Virus record (IMG/VR): IMGVR_UViG_3300025316_001100
Reading direction: 5' to 3' (one strand)
DNA length: 64,000 nucleotides
DNA from: a virus
Lineage: Duplodnaviria > Heunggongvirae > Uroviricota > Caudoviricetes
Shown here: in pieces, positions 54,084-62,930 of the stretch
Layout: the number at the start of each line of letters is the position of its first letter
Numbering within the stretch: position 1 is the first letter of the stretch
The notes under the pieces: model-generated
Told to the model about the DNA's origin: nothing
The model's database searches: none
The model's input: only the letters and a program-made list of their open reading frames with translations
Made by a program: the position numbers and the translations under genes

Positions 54084-55628
54084 TTAATTCTTAGAGGGTG
54101 TAATAGGAGTGTTCGCCGCTGGAGTCGTAGTCCATTGACGTTTGGAATCAAACGTCCTGAATACATCCATGAGCGGACTATCCTGTGTATTGACCATCAT
54201 GCCCTTAAAGGCTGGGGCCAACTTCTTGTAAAGCGTCCAACGAGCAAATTCATTACCGTTATTTCCAAACGCCGCAATAGATCGCTTCCAACCAGCAGCC
54301 TCGGCTTCATTAGCAAACATAACAACGTCTGCCTTGGCTTTGCCAGTGGCCATAATGGCTGCCGCTTGATCTTTAGCTGCAAGCAATTGTTGCTCGGCAA
54401 CAGCCAATCGTTTTTGGGCTTCAATTACAGCCACTTCCTGCCGTTGCAAAGCTTGTGTAGTTACAGCAACCACAGCTTGGTCAGCAGCAACTTTAGCTTG
54501 CTTCTGCAACACCGTCGCCTTTTGTACGGCCAAATCCTGCTCCGAAGCTTGCTGCGCAATCTCTTTTGTAAATTGCGATTCTTGCTGTAAAGCGATTTGT
54601 CGTCTACGAACCGGATCAGCAATTTGTTCCGGTGGCCGAATGGTTGTAATCAATGCCTGGATCACTTCGATGCCTTGTGCGCCGCAAGTAACCTTCATTG
54701 CCGTTTGAAAATCTTCTTGGAACGTCACACGGGTATCCCCAGTAATAAATTCTTTACCAGAATGGTTTGATCCCTTGAGACGAGTATAAGCACGTGCATT
54801 GGGTAGAATAACTTTGGCAATTACCTCTTCATCCAATGCCTTACCACTACGCTCTTCATTGAAAAGAATGTAGGTAGTCGGTGCAGTCTCGGGCTTCACC
54901 CTAAATTCAATAATACCCTCAAGACTGACCCAAAAACCATCTCTAGTCGGGAAGCCAATATCTTGCAAATTGTATCGTTGACTTCGACAATCAATCAAAC
55001 GAGTTTCTTGCACATACGGATTCAAATAATATGTGCCCGGCTCCAAACAATCAGCTTGTACTCCACGACAATCCTTGGGCGACAAAATTTGATTGGCTTT
55101 TTCAGGCATCGTTGCGGCCAAATTGGTAAGCAACCCCTTATACCCAGCAGGAATACTTACGGGATCATGCAATTCAATCATTTCTGCATAATCATTTCTG
55201 ACAGGCGTAGTGCCTTGAATAAAACCATTGATTGGATATCGTCCAGGTCGCAATACTTCAGGAACAATACCCTTTTGCGTTTCTTTCCATGCAATCAATT
55301 CACCGGCTGCAAGGTCTTCGCCATAAATACGAATGCGAACACCCAACTTGCCTTCGGGAATTTCAACCTGCGGCACCACTTCAGAATCCCAAACATAAGG
55401 ATTGTAGTAATACCGACCTTCAGTAAGTACATCCTTCTGAACACCCTTATAATCTTGAGTGGGGGCAATAATCATGCCCGGCTCCAGATCATTGCCAGTC
55501 TTTTTCATCAGAATGGCCATGTGCTTGGCAGGCACGTCAATCCGCATCTCGGAATACATCCACCAAGGCGTAATCACAACAAACGCTACAAGAATCGCAA
55601 TCCAAATCCAAATCTTTGAGGAGTCCAT
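54084..55628 (-). CDS. SPFH/band-7 (flotillin/HflKC-like) membrane protein, paralog A (514 aa)
   Basis: N-terminal TM helix; SPFH-like core (FPTRDGFWVSLEGIIEFRV...); flotillin-like AQ/AEA coiled-coil (KQAKVAADQAVVAVTTQALQRQEVAVIEAQKRLAVAEQQLLAAKDQAAAI...ANEAEAAGW). Confidence 0.5.
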   Translation of the reverse strand: MDSSKIWIWIAILVAFVVITPWWMYSEMRIDVPAKHMAILMKKTGNDLEPGMIIAPTQDYKGVQKDVLTEGRYYYNPYVWDSEVVPQVEIPEGKLGVRIRIYGEDLAAGELIAWKETQKGIVPEVLRPGRYPINGFIQGTTPVRNDYAEMIELHDPVSIPAGYKGLLTNLAATMPEKANQILSPKDCRGVQADCLEPGTYYLNPYVQETRLIDCRSQRYNLQDIGFPTRDGFWVSLEGIIEFRVKPETAPTTYILFNEERSGKALDEEVIAKVILPNARAYTRLKGSNHSGKEFITGDTRVTFQEDFQTAMKVTCGAQGIEVIQALITTIRPPEQIADPVRRRQIALQQESQFTKEIAQQASEQDLAVQKATVLQKQAKVAADQAVVAVTTQALQRQEVAVIEAQKRLAVAEQQLLAAKDQAAAIMATGKAKADVVMFANEAEAAGWKRSIAAFGNNGNEFARWTLYKKLAPAFKGMMVNTQDSPLMDVFRTFDSKRQWTTTPAANTPITPSKN

Positions 55629-55646
55629 ACAAATTCCTTTCTTGAG

Positions 55647-55937
55647 TTAGTGGGACTCTGGCTGGTCCTGAATTTTCGGCACATTGACATAATCAAGCAC
55701 CGGTTTCTCACAGGCTTCCAGCATTTTTTGAAGAATATCCTTTGTCACATCCAGGCTTTCACCTACAACCGCTTGTGCATGCAAAGAATAACTTTGCACA
55801 TTTTCTTCGGCATCATAATAAACTTCATGAATGCCGAACCATGTTTCATCCTGCCCGCCAACATTCGGCACCCAATCTGGGTTCCGGTCAACGTGCTTCA
55901 TTACTCGATAATTCCAATGCATATGGTACTCTCCCAT
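55647..55937 (-). CDS. hypothetical protein (96 aa)
   Basis: ORF. Confidence 0.45.
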   Translation of the reverse strand: MGEYHMHWNYRVMKHVDRNPDWVPNVGGQDETWFGIHEVYYDAEENVQSYSLHAQAVVGESLDVTKDILQKMLEACEKPVLDYVNVPKIQDQPESH

Positions 55938-55957
55938 ATTAAACCTCTTTCAGCACT

Positions 55958-55987
55958 AATTGTACTACGGTGAACACCGCTTGTAAA
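55958..55987 (-). promoter_or_regulatory. sigma70-type promoter TTTACA-N18-(GTAG)TACAAT (minus)
   Basis: Reverse complement gives TTTACAagcggtgttcaccgtagTACAAT. Confidence 0.45.
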
Positions 55988-55988
55988 A

Positions 55989-56243
55989 CTAGATTTTTTT
56001 ACGATTTTCAAACTTCTCCAATAGTGCTTGCACACGATCAATAAGAAGATCTGGTGTCCCAAAGTCGGGGTGATGACAAAAATGATTAAGAACGTGATCT
56101 ACGGATAGCAACACTTCCATGACCTCGTTTGCCAATTCACCGTTCACACAAGATTCACCAGTACGCAATAATGCGACTTTCTGATACGGACCTTCCATAA
56201 TACGCTCCTTGGGGTAAGCTAGAGAGCATATCAGGTTTCCCAT
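55989..56243 (-). CDS. hypothetical protein (84 aa)
   Basis: ORF. Confidence 0.45.
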   Translation of the reverse strand: MGNLICSLAYPKERIMEGPYQKVALLRTGESCVNGELANEVMEVLLSVDHVLNHFCHHPDFGTPDLLIDRVQALLEKFENRKKI

Positions 56244-56255
56244 CCCAAGTCAATA

Positions 56256-57200
56256 TCACTTGAAAAACTCGGCCTGATCGACAAACTGCATGCTAGCCCG
56301 GAGTGCGCCCGTCTTGTCTGTCGTGGAATCCCCCACGAAAATGCACTCGCTAGGTTGTAATTTCCAATTCCTGATGTGGTGAATGAAAAGTCCAGACTGC
56401 GGCTTACGACAATAGCAAGTCATTGGTGGAATCCGATGAGGACAAAACAGAGTGTCGATTTCCACGCCCAACAATTTACAAGTATGGGCAAACATCGCTT
56501 CTGCTTCGGCATGGGTAAATTCATTTTTGGCAATAGCCGATTGATTCGACGCACCAAGCAAGTGATAACCTTTCTTCTTCCATGCTTTGAGAACAGCCGT
56601 TCGATTAGGAAGAATTTCAATCTCGTCCTTGGCAACCGGATATACCTTTGCTCCCTTTGATTTACGAAGCGTGTCATCAAAGTCAAGAATAATTGCCTTA
56701 TTGACAAAATCCTTAGGATATGGACGACGCTCGAAATGATGTTTCTCAATTCGTGCGAATCCTTCTGTCGTCGTCGGTTTTTGAAATTCTTTACGATACT
56801 TGAAAAGCACAGCCACAGGAAACATATTGGGATCGTCTTTTACGGCTTTCAAATCATCCTGCGTGAAGAAGATTTCGCCATAACGATCCCACATGCGATT
56901 CAACGCATTGATCTGTGCGTCTTCAATGCTGGTGTCCATTAATTTACAAACAACAACGGCCTTCCTCTTCGTGGCTTGCTCAATAAATGGCTTACGGCTT
57001 TCAACGGTGGGAAATGTATTGTCAAGGACTACATTCTTGCCATCAGATAAAGCAGCCACCATCTGCGGCACAAGATCGATAACCTTACCGCCTGTAATGT
57101 CTCGACTAAGATGTATATGACCTTGTTTCTTGTAATCCTCGGTAACTGTCGATTTGCCAGAGGCCGGGCATCCACAAATAAGAACAACTTCTTGGGTCAT
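56256..57200 (-). CDS. Polynucleotide 5'-kinase / 3'-phosphatase (T4 PseT/Pnkp-like, 314 aa)
   Basis: N-terminal P-loop LICGCPASGKST (kinase); C-terminal HAD phosphatase motifs ILDFDDTL (DxDxT) and FVGDSTTD. Confidence 0.8.
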   Translation of the reverse strand: MTQEVVLICGCPASGKSTVTEDYKKQGHIHLSRDITGGKVIDLVPQMVAALSDGKNVVLDNTFPTVESRKPFIEQATKRKAVVVCKLMDTSIEDAQINALNRMWDRYGEIFFTQDDLKAVKDDPNMFPVAVLFKYRKEFQKPTTTEGFARIEKHHFERRPYPKDFVNKAIILDFDDTLRKSKGAKVYPVAKDEIEILPNRTAVLKAWKKKGYHLLGASNQSAIAKNEFTHAEAEAMFAHTCKLLGVEIDTLFCPHRIPPMTCYCRKPQSGLFIHHIRNWKLQPSECIFVGDSTTDKTGALRASMQFVDQAEFFK

Positions 57201-57213
57201 AATGATCTTTCTT

Positions 57214-58347
57214 TTAACCAGGAATGTAAGCAGTCTGCATGGTCAATATATTGCCAGGACTGTCTTTGGCGTTAAGTAAATAAGACGTAGGATCAAGCAA
57301 ATAATCCCATTTGGGAGCATCTAATTTCCAAGAATGAGAAGCCGATGTTCTTTCCCGTTCGTACAACTCCACATGGAGCATCGCACGGGAATGGCCGGGA
57401 ACGTCGGGACGTTCCCGGCCTTCTTTCACAACTGGTGTTACCGTGCCAATAAAATCACCAGCCCGCACAATATCGCCGGGTTTCCATTTTTCATAAACTT
57501 GGATTTCGCCATAACACACAATTCCACTGGGGCCTTCGACTAAAACGCAATCCGTATCGTTCCACCAAGGCGAATTATCCTGCGGTCCTGTAAACATTTC
57601 CTTGCCAACCACTCGGCCATCTTCCACCGCTTGTACAAAAGTGCCTTGGGCACAATAAAGATCCACACCAGTATGATGGGAGTGTTTACGTGCAAATCCA
57701 AAAGCCCCTGGATGATAACCACAAGGAATGCCTGGGCAGTTGGTCAATGGAAATCTCCATCGCAAACAATCTTTTGTTTGCTGTACGATGTCACTAATGT
57801 TGGCCATCGCACCATTACCTTCATCGTTGCAAGCCAGCATCTTAGTTTGTGGATCGACTCGTTTCCAACCCATGCCAAACAAAGTACGCATATTTTTTTG
57901 CGTAATCTCGTTTTGAAGCATCATGGTATTCATAGCCGGTGCATAAATGATCGGCCGTGTATAATCCCATGCTGCAACCGTGCTAGTTAAAATATTATCC
58001 GCCAATCCATTGGAAACCATACCCAACGTATTGTATGTGATTGGTGCAATGACCAATACCCCTGCCCATTTTCTTAGACCGATGTGAACTACCGGATCAC
58101 CCTTCTTCTGCCAAACCTTCGTGCCATGCGGCGTAGTCCATTCATTAAAATCAGTGAATACTTGAATATCTTTGTGCCCAGCAATATATGCCTGTGCATT
58201 TTCGTCGTGAAAGATGTCATTTTCAAAAAAATAACGACCCTTGTCGGTAGTGACAACTCTTACGTTGCCAAGCTCCCGAAGGGTAACCGCTAATTTTTTA
58301 GTAAGTGTCGCTGCAACACTACCGGTAACACCAAGTAAAATATTCAT
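57214..58347 (-). CDS. HFCD-family flavoprotein (phosphopantothenoylcysteine decarboxylase CoaC-like) fused to a C-terminal degenerate M23/LytM peptidase-like domain (377 aa)
   Basis: N-terminus MNILLGVTGSVAA..., VLVIAPITYNTLGMVSNGLADNILTS..PAMNTMM...ACNDEGNGAM (CoaC/Dfp N-domain pattern). C-terminus HHTGVDLY..GTFVQAVEDGRVV...GDFIG..AMLHVELYE...DPTSYLL (M23 fold, HxH degenerated to MLH). Confidence 0.65.
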   Translation of the reverse strand: MNILLGVTGSVAATLTKKLAVTLRELGNVRVVTTDKGRYFFENDIFHDENAQAYIAGHKDIQVFTDFNEWTTPHGTKVWQKKGDPVVHIGLRKWAGVLVIAPITYNTLGMVSNGLADNILTSTVAAWDYTRPIIYAPAMNTMMLQNEITQKNMRTLFGMGWKRVDPQTKMLACNDEGNGAMANISDIVQQTKDCLRWRFPLTNCPGIPCGYHPGAFGFARKHSHHTGVDLYCAQGTFVQAVEDGRVVGKEMFTGPQDNSPWWNDTDCVLVEGPSGIVCYGEIQVYEKWKPGDIVRAGDFIGTVTPVVKEGRERPDVPGHSRAMLHVELYERERTSASHSWKLDAPKWDYLLDPTSYLLNAKDSPGNILTMQTAYIPG

Positions 58348-58614
58348 GATCTACTCATTCTTTCCCCATGTGCCCACCGAGACATACACTGATTAACTCG
58401 CCAAGCACCACACCACGGTCGATGCCAATGAGATTCACGGGTATTACTAAAACAAATAGTCCACGGGTAAATGACCATCATTTTTTTGTTCTCGTTTCTT
58501 GTTTCCACCTGGACATATAACTGCCAAATCGCCAACAACCGGGCCATCTGCGATGCCAAAAAGCTTCACGTCCATTACAAGCGAATGATAGTGTGACAGG
58601 CCATGCTTTGCGAA

Positions 58615-59400
58615 TCATTTCAAGCTTTCTCGATGTCTTAATCCAGCAGCCGCTCCCGTAACTACCACTTTTGCTAAAAAATTTGGATCACTTATTTGCT
58701 GGTGATAAACTTGTGGCTCATTAGGACATGCGGCACAACCGAATACATCATCTTTCTCATCGGCATACACCAACGTCAAACAATGCGCATTGTTTTTCAT
58801 ATCCCTTAAATCGTTTGCAACAATCATATCGCAATGATTGCTACGAATACTATGTTGAGCCGCTTCAATCAATTGTTCATCTGTAGAGTCCACCAACAGT
58901 TTGAATCCGACCAAATATGTTCGTGGATACCACGATTTAACTTGGCTAATGATCTTAGGCAAAGCTACCAAAGGAATGTTCATTTCAGCTACACTCGACC
59001 GCATCTTGCCCTCTACGATAGCTGCTGCACCATAGTCCGATACAGCCGCCGCAAGAATTACAATATCTGGCCTGCCGCCCATTACTGCTGCCTTTAACTG
59101 TATGTGATAATCATCAAAGGTGCGATATTCAAATTCCCAATAAGACGTGTGATGGGCTGCATACAATTCATAAATTTCACCTGTCCGCTGCATGGCTACT
59201 GCAAGGCTCTCACGATCAAAATTTACCCTAGTAGAAAATGGAGACTTTGAATCTTTGGCCTTTAGAAATGTTACCTTGTGCCCGGCCTTCAATGCTTCGG
59301 TCGCAATCTTAGCACCAAATGTTCCACTGCTCATGTTCGTAATATCACGGACACGATCAATTGAAATTTTTGTCCCACCAGATGTAATTAAAATGTTCAT
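58615..59400 (-). CDS. coaB: Phosphopantothenate-cysteine ligase (CoaB domain, 261 aa)
   Basis: ILITSGGTKISIDRVRDITNMSSGTFGAKIATEALKAGHKVTFL matches the Dfp C-domain motif ([34 protein letters not shown].VTLV). Confidence 0.7.
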   Translation of the reverse strand: MNILITSGGTKISIDRVRDITNMSSGTFGAKIATEALKAGHKVTFLKAKDSKSPFSTRVNFDRESLAVAMQRTGEIYELYAAHHTSYWEFEYRTFDDYHIQLKAAVMGGRPDIVILAAAVSDYGAAAIVEGKMRSSVAEMNIPLVALPKIISQVKSWYPRTYLVGFKLLVDSTDEQLIEAAQHSIRSNHCDMIVANDLRDMKNNAHCLTLVYADEKDDVFGCAACPNEPQVYHQQISDPNFLAKVVVTGAAAGLRHRESLK

Positions 59401-59621
59401 TGTTGGCTCTCCGTTCTACCTCGACCAAAAGCTTGACACATGGGTGATCTTGATGATATAGATCGCCTATGAATTACATCAATTCCAATTACTTTAGAAG
59501 AATAATATGACGCATCTGAACAACCGCCTATAATGATCCATCTTCTATAAGTTTTCATGAAATCATCAGCCCAGCCAAATGAATAACCGGTAATGAATCC
59601 ACGATTTACTGAAAAAATCAC
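59397..59621 (-). CDS. hypothetical protein (74 aa)
   Basis: ORF preceded by a copy of the 37-bp direct repeat. Confidence 0.35.
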   Translation of the reverse strand: MIFSVNRGFITGYSFGWADDFMKTYRRWIIIGGCSDASYYSSKVIGIDVIHRRSISSRSPMCQAFGRGRTESQQ

Positions 59622-59649
59622 GCCACATGACCTCGTTCGTAAAATCTAT
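59613..59649. repeat. 37-bp direct repeat, copy 1 (AAAAATCACGCCACATGACCTCGTTCGTAAAATCTAT)
   Basis: Identical to 59878-59914 except for one base; located at a gene 5' region. Confidence 0.6.
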
Positions 59650-59864
59650 TAATTCAAGTGAACTTCACCACGTCCTTTTGTTTCACAAACCACTTTTGTC
59701 ACTCCGTCAACTTCTGTTTTAACAATCCTTACTGGATTGCTTGGATAGTGTGAATCCATGCAGTCTACATAACCCTGACAATAAATTTTGTTTTTACACT
59801 CCGTAAATGATATTTTTACCCATCCAAGTCCAGGATGATTCATTTCAACATGAAACATAGTCAT
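59649..59864 (-). CDS. hypothetical protein (71 aa)
   Basis: ORF preceded by repeat copy 2. Confidence 0.35.
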   Translation of the reverse strand: MTMFHVEMNHPGLGWVKISFTECKNKIYCQGYVDCMDSHYPSNPVRIVKTEVDGVTKVVCETKGRGEVHLN

Positions 59865-59877
59865 TTAGACCTCTTGC

Positions 59878-59914
59878 TAAAAATCACGCCACACGACCTC
59901 GTTCGTAAAATCTA
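59878..59914. repeat. 37-bp direct repeat, copy 2
   Basis: See copy 1. Confidence 0.6.
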
Positions 59915-60165
59915 TATGATTGCACCACTTGAGTCCATATAGATTGCATCGTCATATCCGACCTTCCAAGATGGAATCCTAATCTCCAACACGAATTAGA
60001 CATTAAATAATGTATAGTCATGTCAGGATTGAATATAATACCTGCTGTAGATGCTCCCTCTCTACGATTCTCTGACCAGCAAGCAGAGTTCGGATACCTA
60101 TTGGATGCCAAAAACATGACTACGGCTCTATAACCATTTGGGTTCCAACGCCACAATGCGGACAC
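59884..60165 (-). CDS. hypothetical protein (93 aa)
   Basis: ORF. Confidence 0.35.
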   Translation of the reverse strand: MSALWRWNPNGYRAVVMFLASNRYPNSACWSENRREGASTAGIIFNPDMTIHYLMSNSCWRLGFHLGRSDMTMQSIWTQVVQSYRFYERGRVA

Positions 60166-60306
60166 GGGCCATGAAACTTCAAAACATCGTAAGCACCACT
60201 AATAGAATCAAAATTGATCCAACCACTTTGCCTATGACAACAAAAATTACATTGCGTTACAAGCTTGCTACATCCAAAAATGTGTCGCATTATCCAGTTA
60301 GTCATT

Positions 60307-61347
60307 TTAGATTCCAAAAACATCGCAAAATTCCTCTGCGATATCTAGGATCTCTTCTTTACGATCCAGACCATCGATCAAATGTTGGGGGAAGATACTC
60401 ATGCCATTTACAGCACCAAGCATCGCACCCACAATTGCTCCATTGGTATCGGCATCGCCACCCACGCTAACTGTATCATACAAAGTCTCAATGCCATGCG
60501 GGTTACGCAAAAACATCATATAGGTCAAAGGCATATTCCAATAGCAGCAAAATCGCTGACCACCTTCGCCCATAAACTCTTCAACGATCCTGGGAATATT
60601 ATACTCTCGATACGCTTCTAGTAAAGCAAATCGCTGAGTAATATCATCAGTTTCGGGATCGGTGTTCAACCGACCTTCGGCACACCATTGCTTACCACGT
60701 AGGCCCGCACGTTTGATGGTAGCAGCAAATGCATCTGAATCAAACGGATCAGCAGCAAGACAATAAAATGCCGCCATAACTTGAGCAAATGCTGAACACA
60801 ATGACATTTCAGTGTAGTGCGTCATGAAATTCAAATTCTTGACAAACTGAAATGCTTCCAGAGCAATCTTGTCACGTTCAACCGGTTCTGGATTGTTGCC
60901 TTTAATCAATTGATAAAGAACAGCCGATACCGGACTAATCTTCATGGGCAAACCATTACCCTTGCCCCGGCCTTCATTCTTCAATCCACTCTTTGACCAA
61001 TGCACGCCATTAGCCAAACTACGGATAGCTTCTCTGGTTGTTCCACCCCAAGCCTTTGAATTTTCTTTGAGAGCTTCGATATGCGTTTCAGCCTGGGCGT
61101 CCATATCAAAGCTTTTGGCTTTAATCAGGCCCTTGGCGACAGCCAATGTCAATTGAGTGTCATCTGATGTACAACCGGCTTTCACGCCATTATGCCACTT
61201 ATGTCCAGTAGGATCTTGATATGTTGTAATGCGACCGTACTTTTCTTTTATTTGATCCGCAGACCAACATTCTACCGGCAATCCAAGACTGTCGCCAACA
61301 GCCGTTCCAATAAAAACAGCTTTTACTCTATCACGCATTGATACCAT
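60307..61347 (-). CDS. ADP-ribosylglycohydrolase family protein (346 aa)
   Basis: N-terminus FIGTAVGDSLGLPVE (G..GDALG.P.E motif); C-terminus VSVGGDADTNGAIVGAMLGAVNG (GGDTDT...G.L.GA motif). Confidence 0.75.
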   Translation of the reverse strand: MVSMRDRVKAVFIGTAVGDSLGLPVECWSADQIKEKYGRITTYQDPTGHKWHNGVKAGCTSDDTQLTLAVAKGLIKAKSFDMDAQAETHIEALKENSKAWGGTTREAIRSLANGVHWSKSGLKNEGRGKGNGLPMKISPVSAVLYQLIKGNNPEPVERDKIALEAFQFVKNLNFMTHYTEMSLCSAFAQVMAAFYCLAADPFDSDAFAATIKRAGLRGKQWCAEGRLNTDPETDDITQRFALLEAYREYNIPRIVEEFMGEGGQRFCCYWNMPLTYMMFLRNPHGIETLYDTVSVGGDADTNGAIVGAMLGAVNGMSIFPQHLIDGLDRKEEILDIAEEFCDVFGI

Positions 61348-62218
61348 GATTTATCTCCAATAACGTTTGATAAGCCTTGAGTTTTCTCGCCAAACAAACA
61401 GTGGCGTTTTTATATAAAAAATTACACACTGTATTGATTTGCCTATTACCATGCACCCTAAGAGTAAAGTTGTTGTTCTTTCTGCGTTTGTGCCGCTTGT
61501 TGATTTCGTAACGCACTCCCAGTGTGTCGAAATGACTTCCTATTGCCAGCAACATTTCCTTGGTGGATACTATAGAAAAACATGCTGCACGACTCTTGCG
61601 TTGTTTACGCTTATAGAATGTTAAAGATCCATCTCCGTCAAAGTACCCACGAATAAAATGATGGTGTAAACACTGCGGTATTTCTGGAAATTTCAAAACA
61701 AACGTCTTGCGTGGCACACACCCCAACTTTTCCAAATCAGCACACAGCTTCTTACTCACCACATAAATTGCCACCCTATTCTGAGTATTTTTCTTCTTGG
61801 ATTTATATTCCTTTACATTCACGTGTCCGCACAACAACCAACCCGATATTATTTCGAGTATATCTCTGTCCTGTTTGGCCAATGAGACTTCCAGCCGTCT
61901 ACCGCTATTACATCCATCGGCAAACAAAAATCCCAAACAATACGCCTTCTCTTCCGAGTCAATTGATTCAAAAAACGTGTCGCATACCGGAAATTTTCTA
62001 CGTGTCACCTCTTGCGGTATCACTTCTAGGCCCAATCGCCTAAATCCATGCCGCAAAGCATAAATAGATACCTTACGTGTTTTAGCAAAACGTGACAATG
62101 GCCACGTTTTCAAACCCATATAATCTTCATAAAGACTATGGATTTTTTCATCTGAGTACATTTTTGCAGTCATGCTATTATATAGTAGCGTGACTGCAAA
62201 AATTATCTGCGTATACAC
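61331..62218 (-). CDS. LAGLIDADG-family homing endonuclease (two-motif, 295 aa)
   Basis: AYCLGFLFADGC (motif 1) and FIRGYFDGDGSL (motif 2); overlaps the ARH gene start by 17 nt. Confidence 0.75.
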   Translation of the reverse strand: MYTQIIFAVTLLYNSMTAKMYSDEKIHSLYEDYMGLKTWPLSRFAKTRKVSIYALRHGFRRLGLEVIPQEVTRRKFPVCDTFFESIDSEEKAYCLGFLFADGCNSGRRLEVSLAKQDRDILEIISGWLLCGHVNVKEYKSKKKNTQNRVAIYVVSKKLCADLEKLGCVPRKTFVLKFPEIPQCLHHHFIRGYFDGDGSLTFYKRKQRKSRAACFSIVSTKEMLLAIGSHFDTLGVRYEINKRHKRRKNNNFTLRVHGNRQINTVCNFLYKNATVCLARKLKAYQTLLEINHGINA

Positions 62219-62555
62219 CGCACTATTATTTTGCGGTTTTTTCTCCTAGCGTCCACCACGGTTGTACCAACCCATAGCGGCTTTTTTACTTTTGAAACTT
62301 CCAGTACAGTGATTACGGCTATATCGAAGCCACCATTTCCTTTTGTAATTAAAAAAGTCCACTCCGTTTTTGAATGGAAGTAAACGACCTTCAATCACAA
62401 TGAGTTTAGTGGGGTTTTTTCCAGGCCACCAAACTTTACTTTTGACAATTGTATCTTTTGTGACCACGATTATCCCAATTCGCTAGCAATAGCTTCTAAT
62501 TCCATTAGACTCCATAATTTTTACTGGATTCTAGAACCGAATTTACACGATACAC

Positions 62556-62930
62556 TCACTTCTCCAACTCCTTCGCCAGCTTCAAAATGATTTTACGATC
62601 TTCCTCGGAAAAACGAGAAAGTTGTTTCGCAGCATGTAACAACTCACGGGCATCCTTTCGATCCACAACTTGCTTACGCAATTTAGATGGATCTTTCGGT
62701 CCCTTCCAACGATCCGAAGTAAAATCGTAACACTGTTTACGAACAACTCTTGTTTCTTGAATGGTCACTTGAACGATTCCACACTCAGCTACACAAGGCT
62801 GAAATCTTTCAAGATCTTTCTTAGAAGGATAAACACGTACACCACCACTAGCCGTACCAGTTTCCTCCTCCCAATCAATCAAATCCATGTAACCAGCAAT
62901 GGTCGTATTAGTTTTTTTAGTTTTTGCCAT
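62556..62930 (-). CDS. hypothetical protein (124 aa)
   Basis: ORF. Confidence 0.5.
   Translation of the reverse strand: MAKTKKTNTTIAGYMDLIDWEEETGTASGGVRVYPSKKDLERFQPCVAECGIVQVTIQETRVVRKQCYDFTSDRWKGPKDPSKLRKQVVDRKDARELLHAAKQLSRFSEEDRKIILKLAKELEK

Noticed and set aside
62180-62235. Weak extra copy of the 20-bp element (GTATACACCGCACTATT) near 62211
   Set aside because: It matches only the TATACACC core and lacks the GGACTCA half. It is probably chance.
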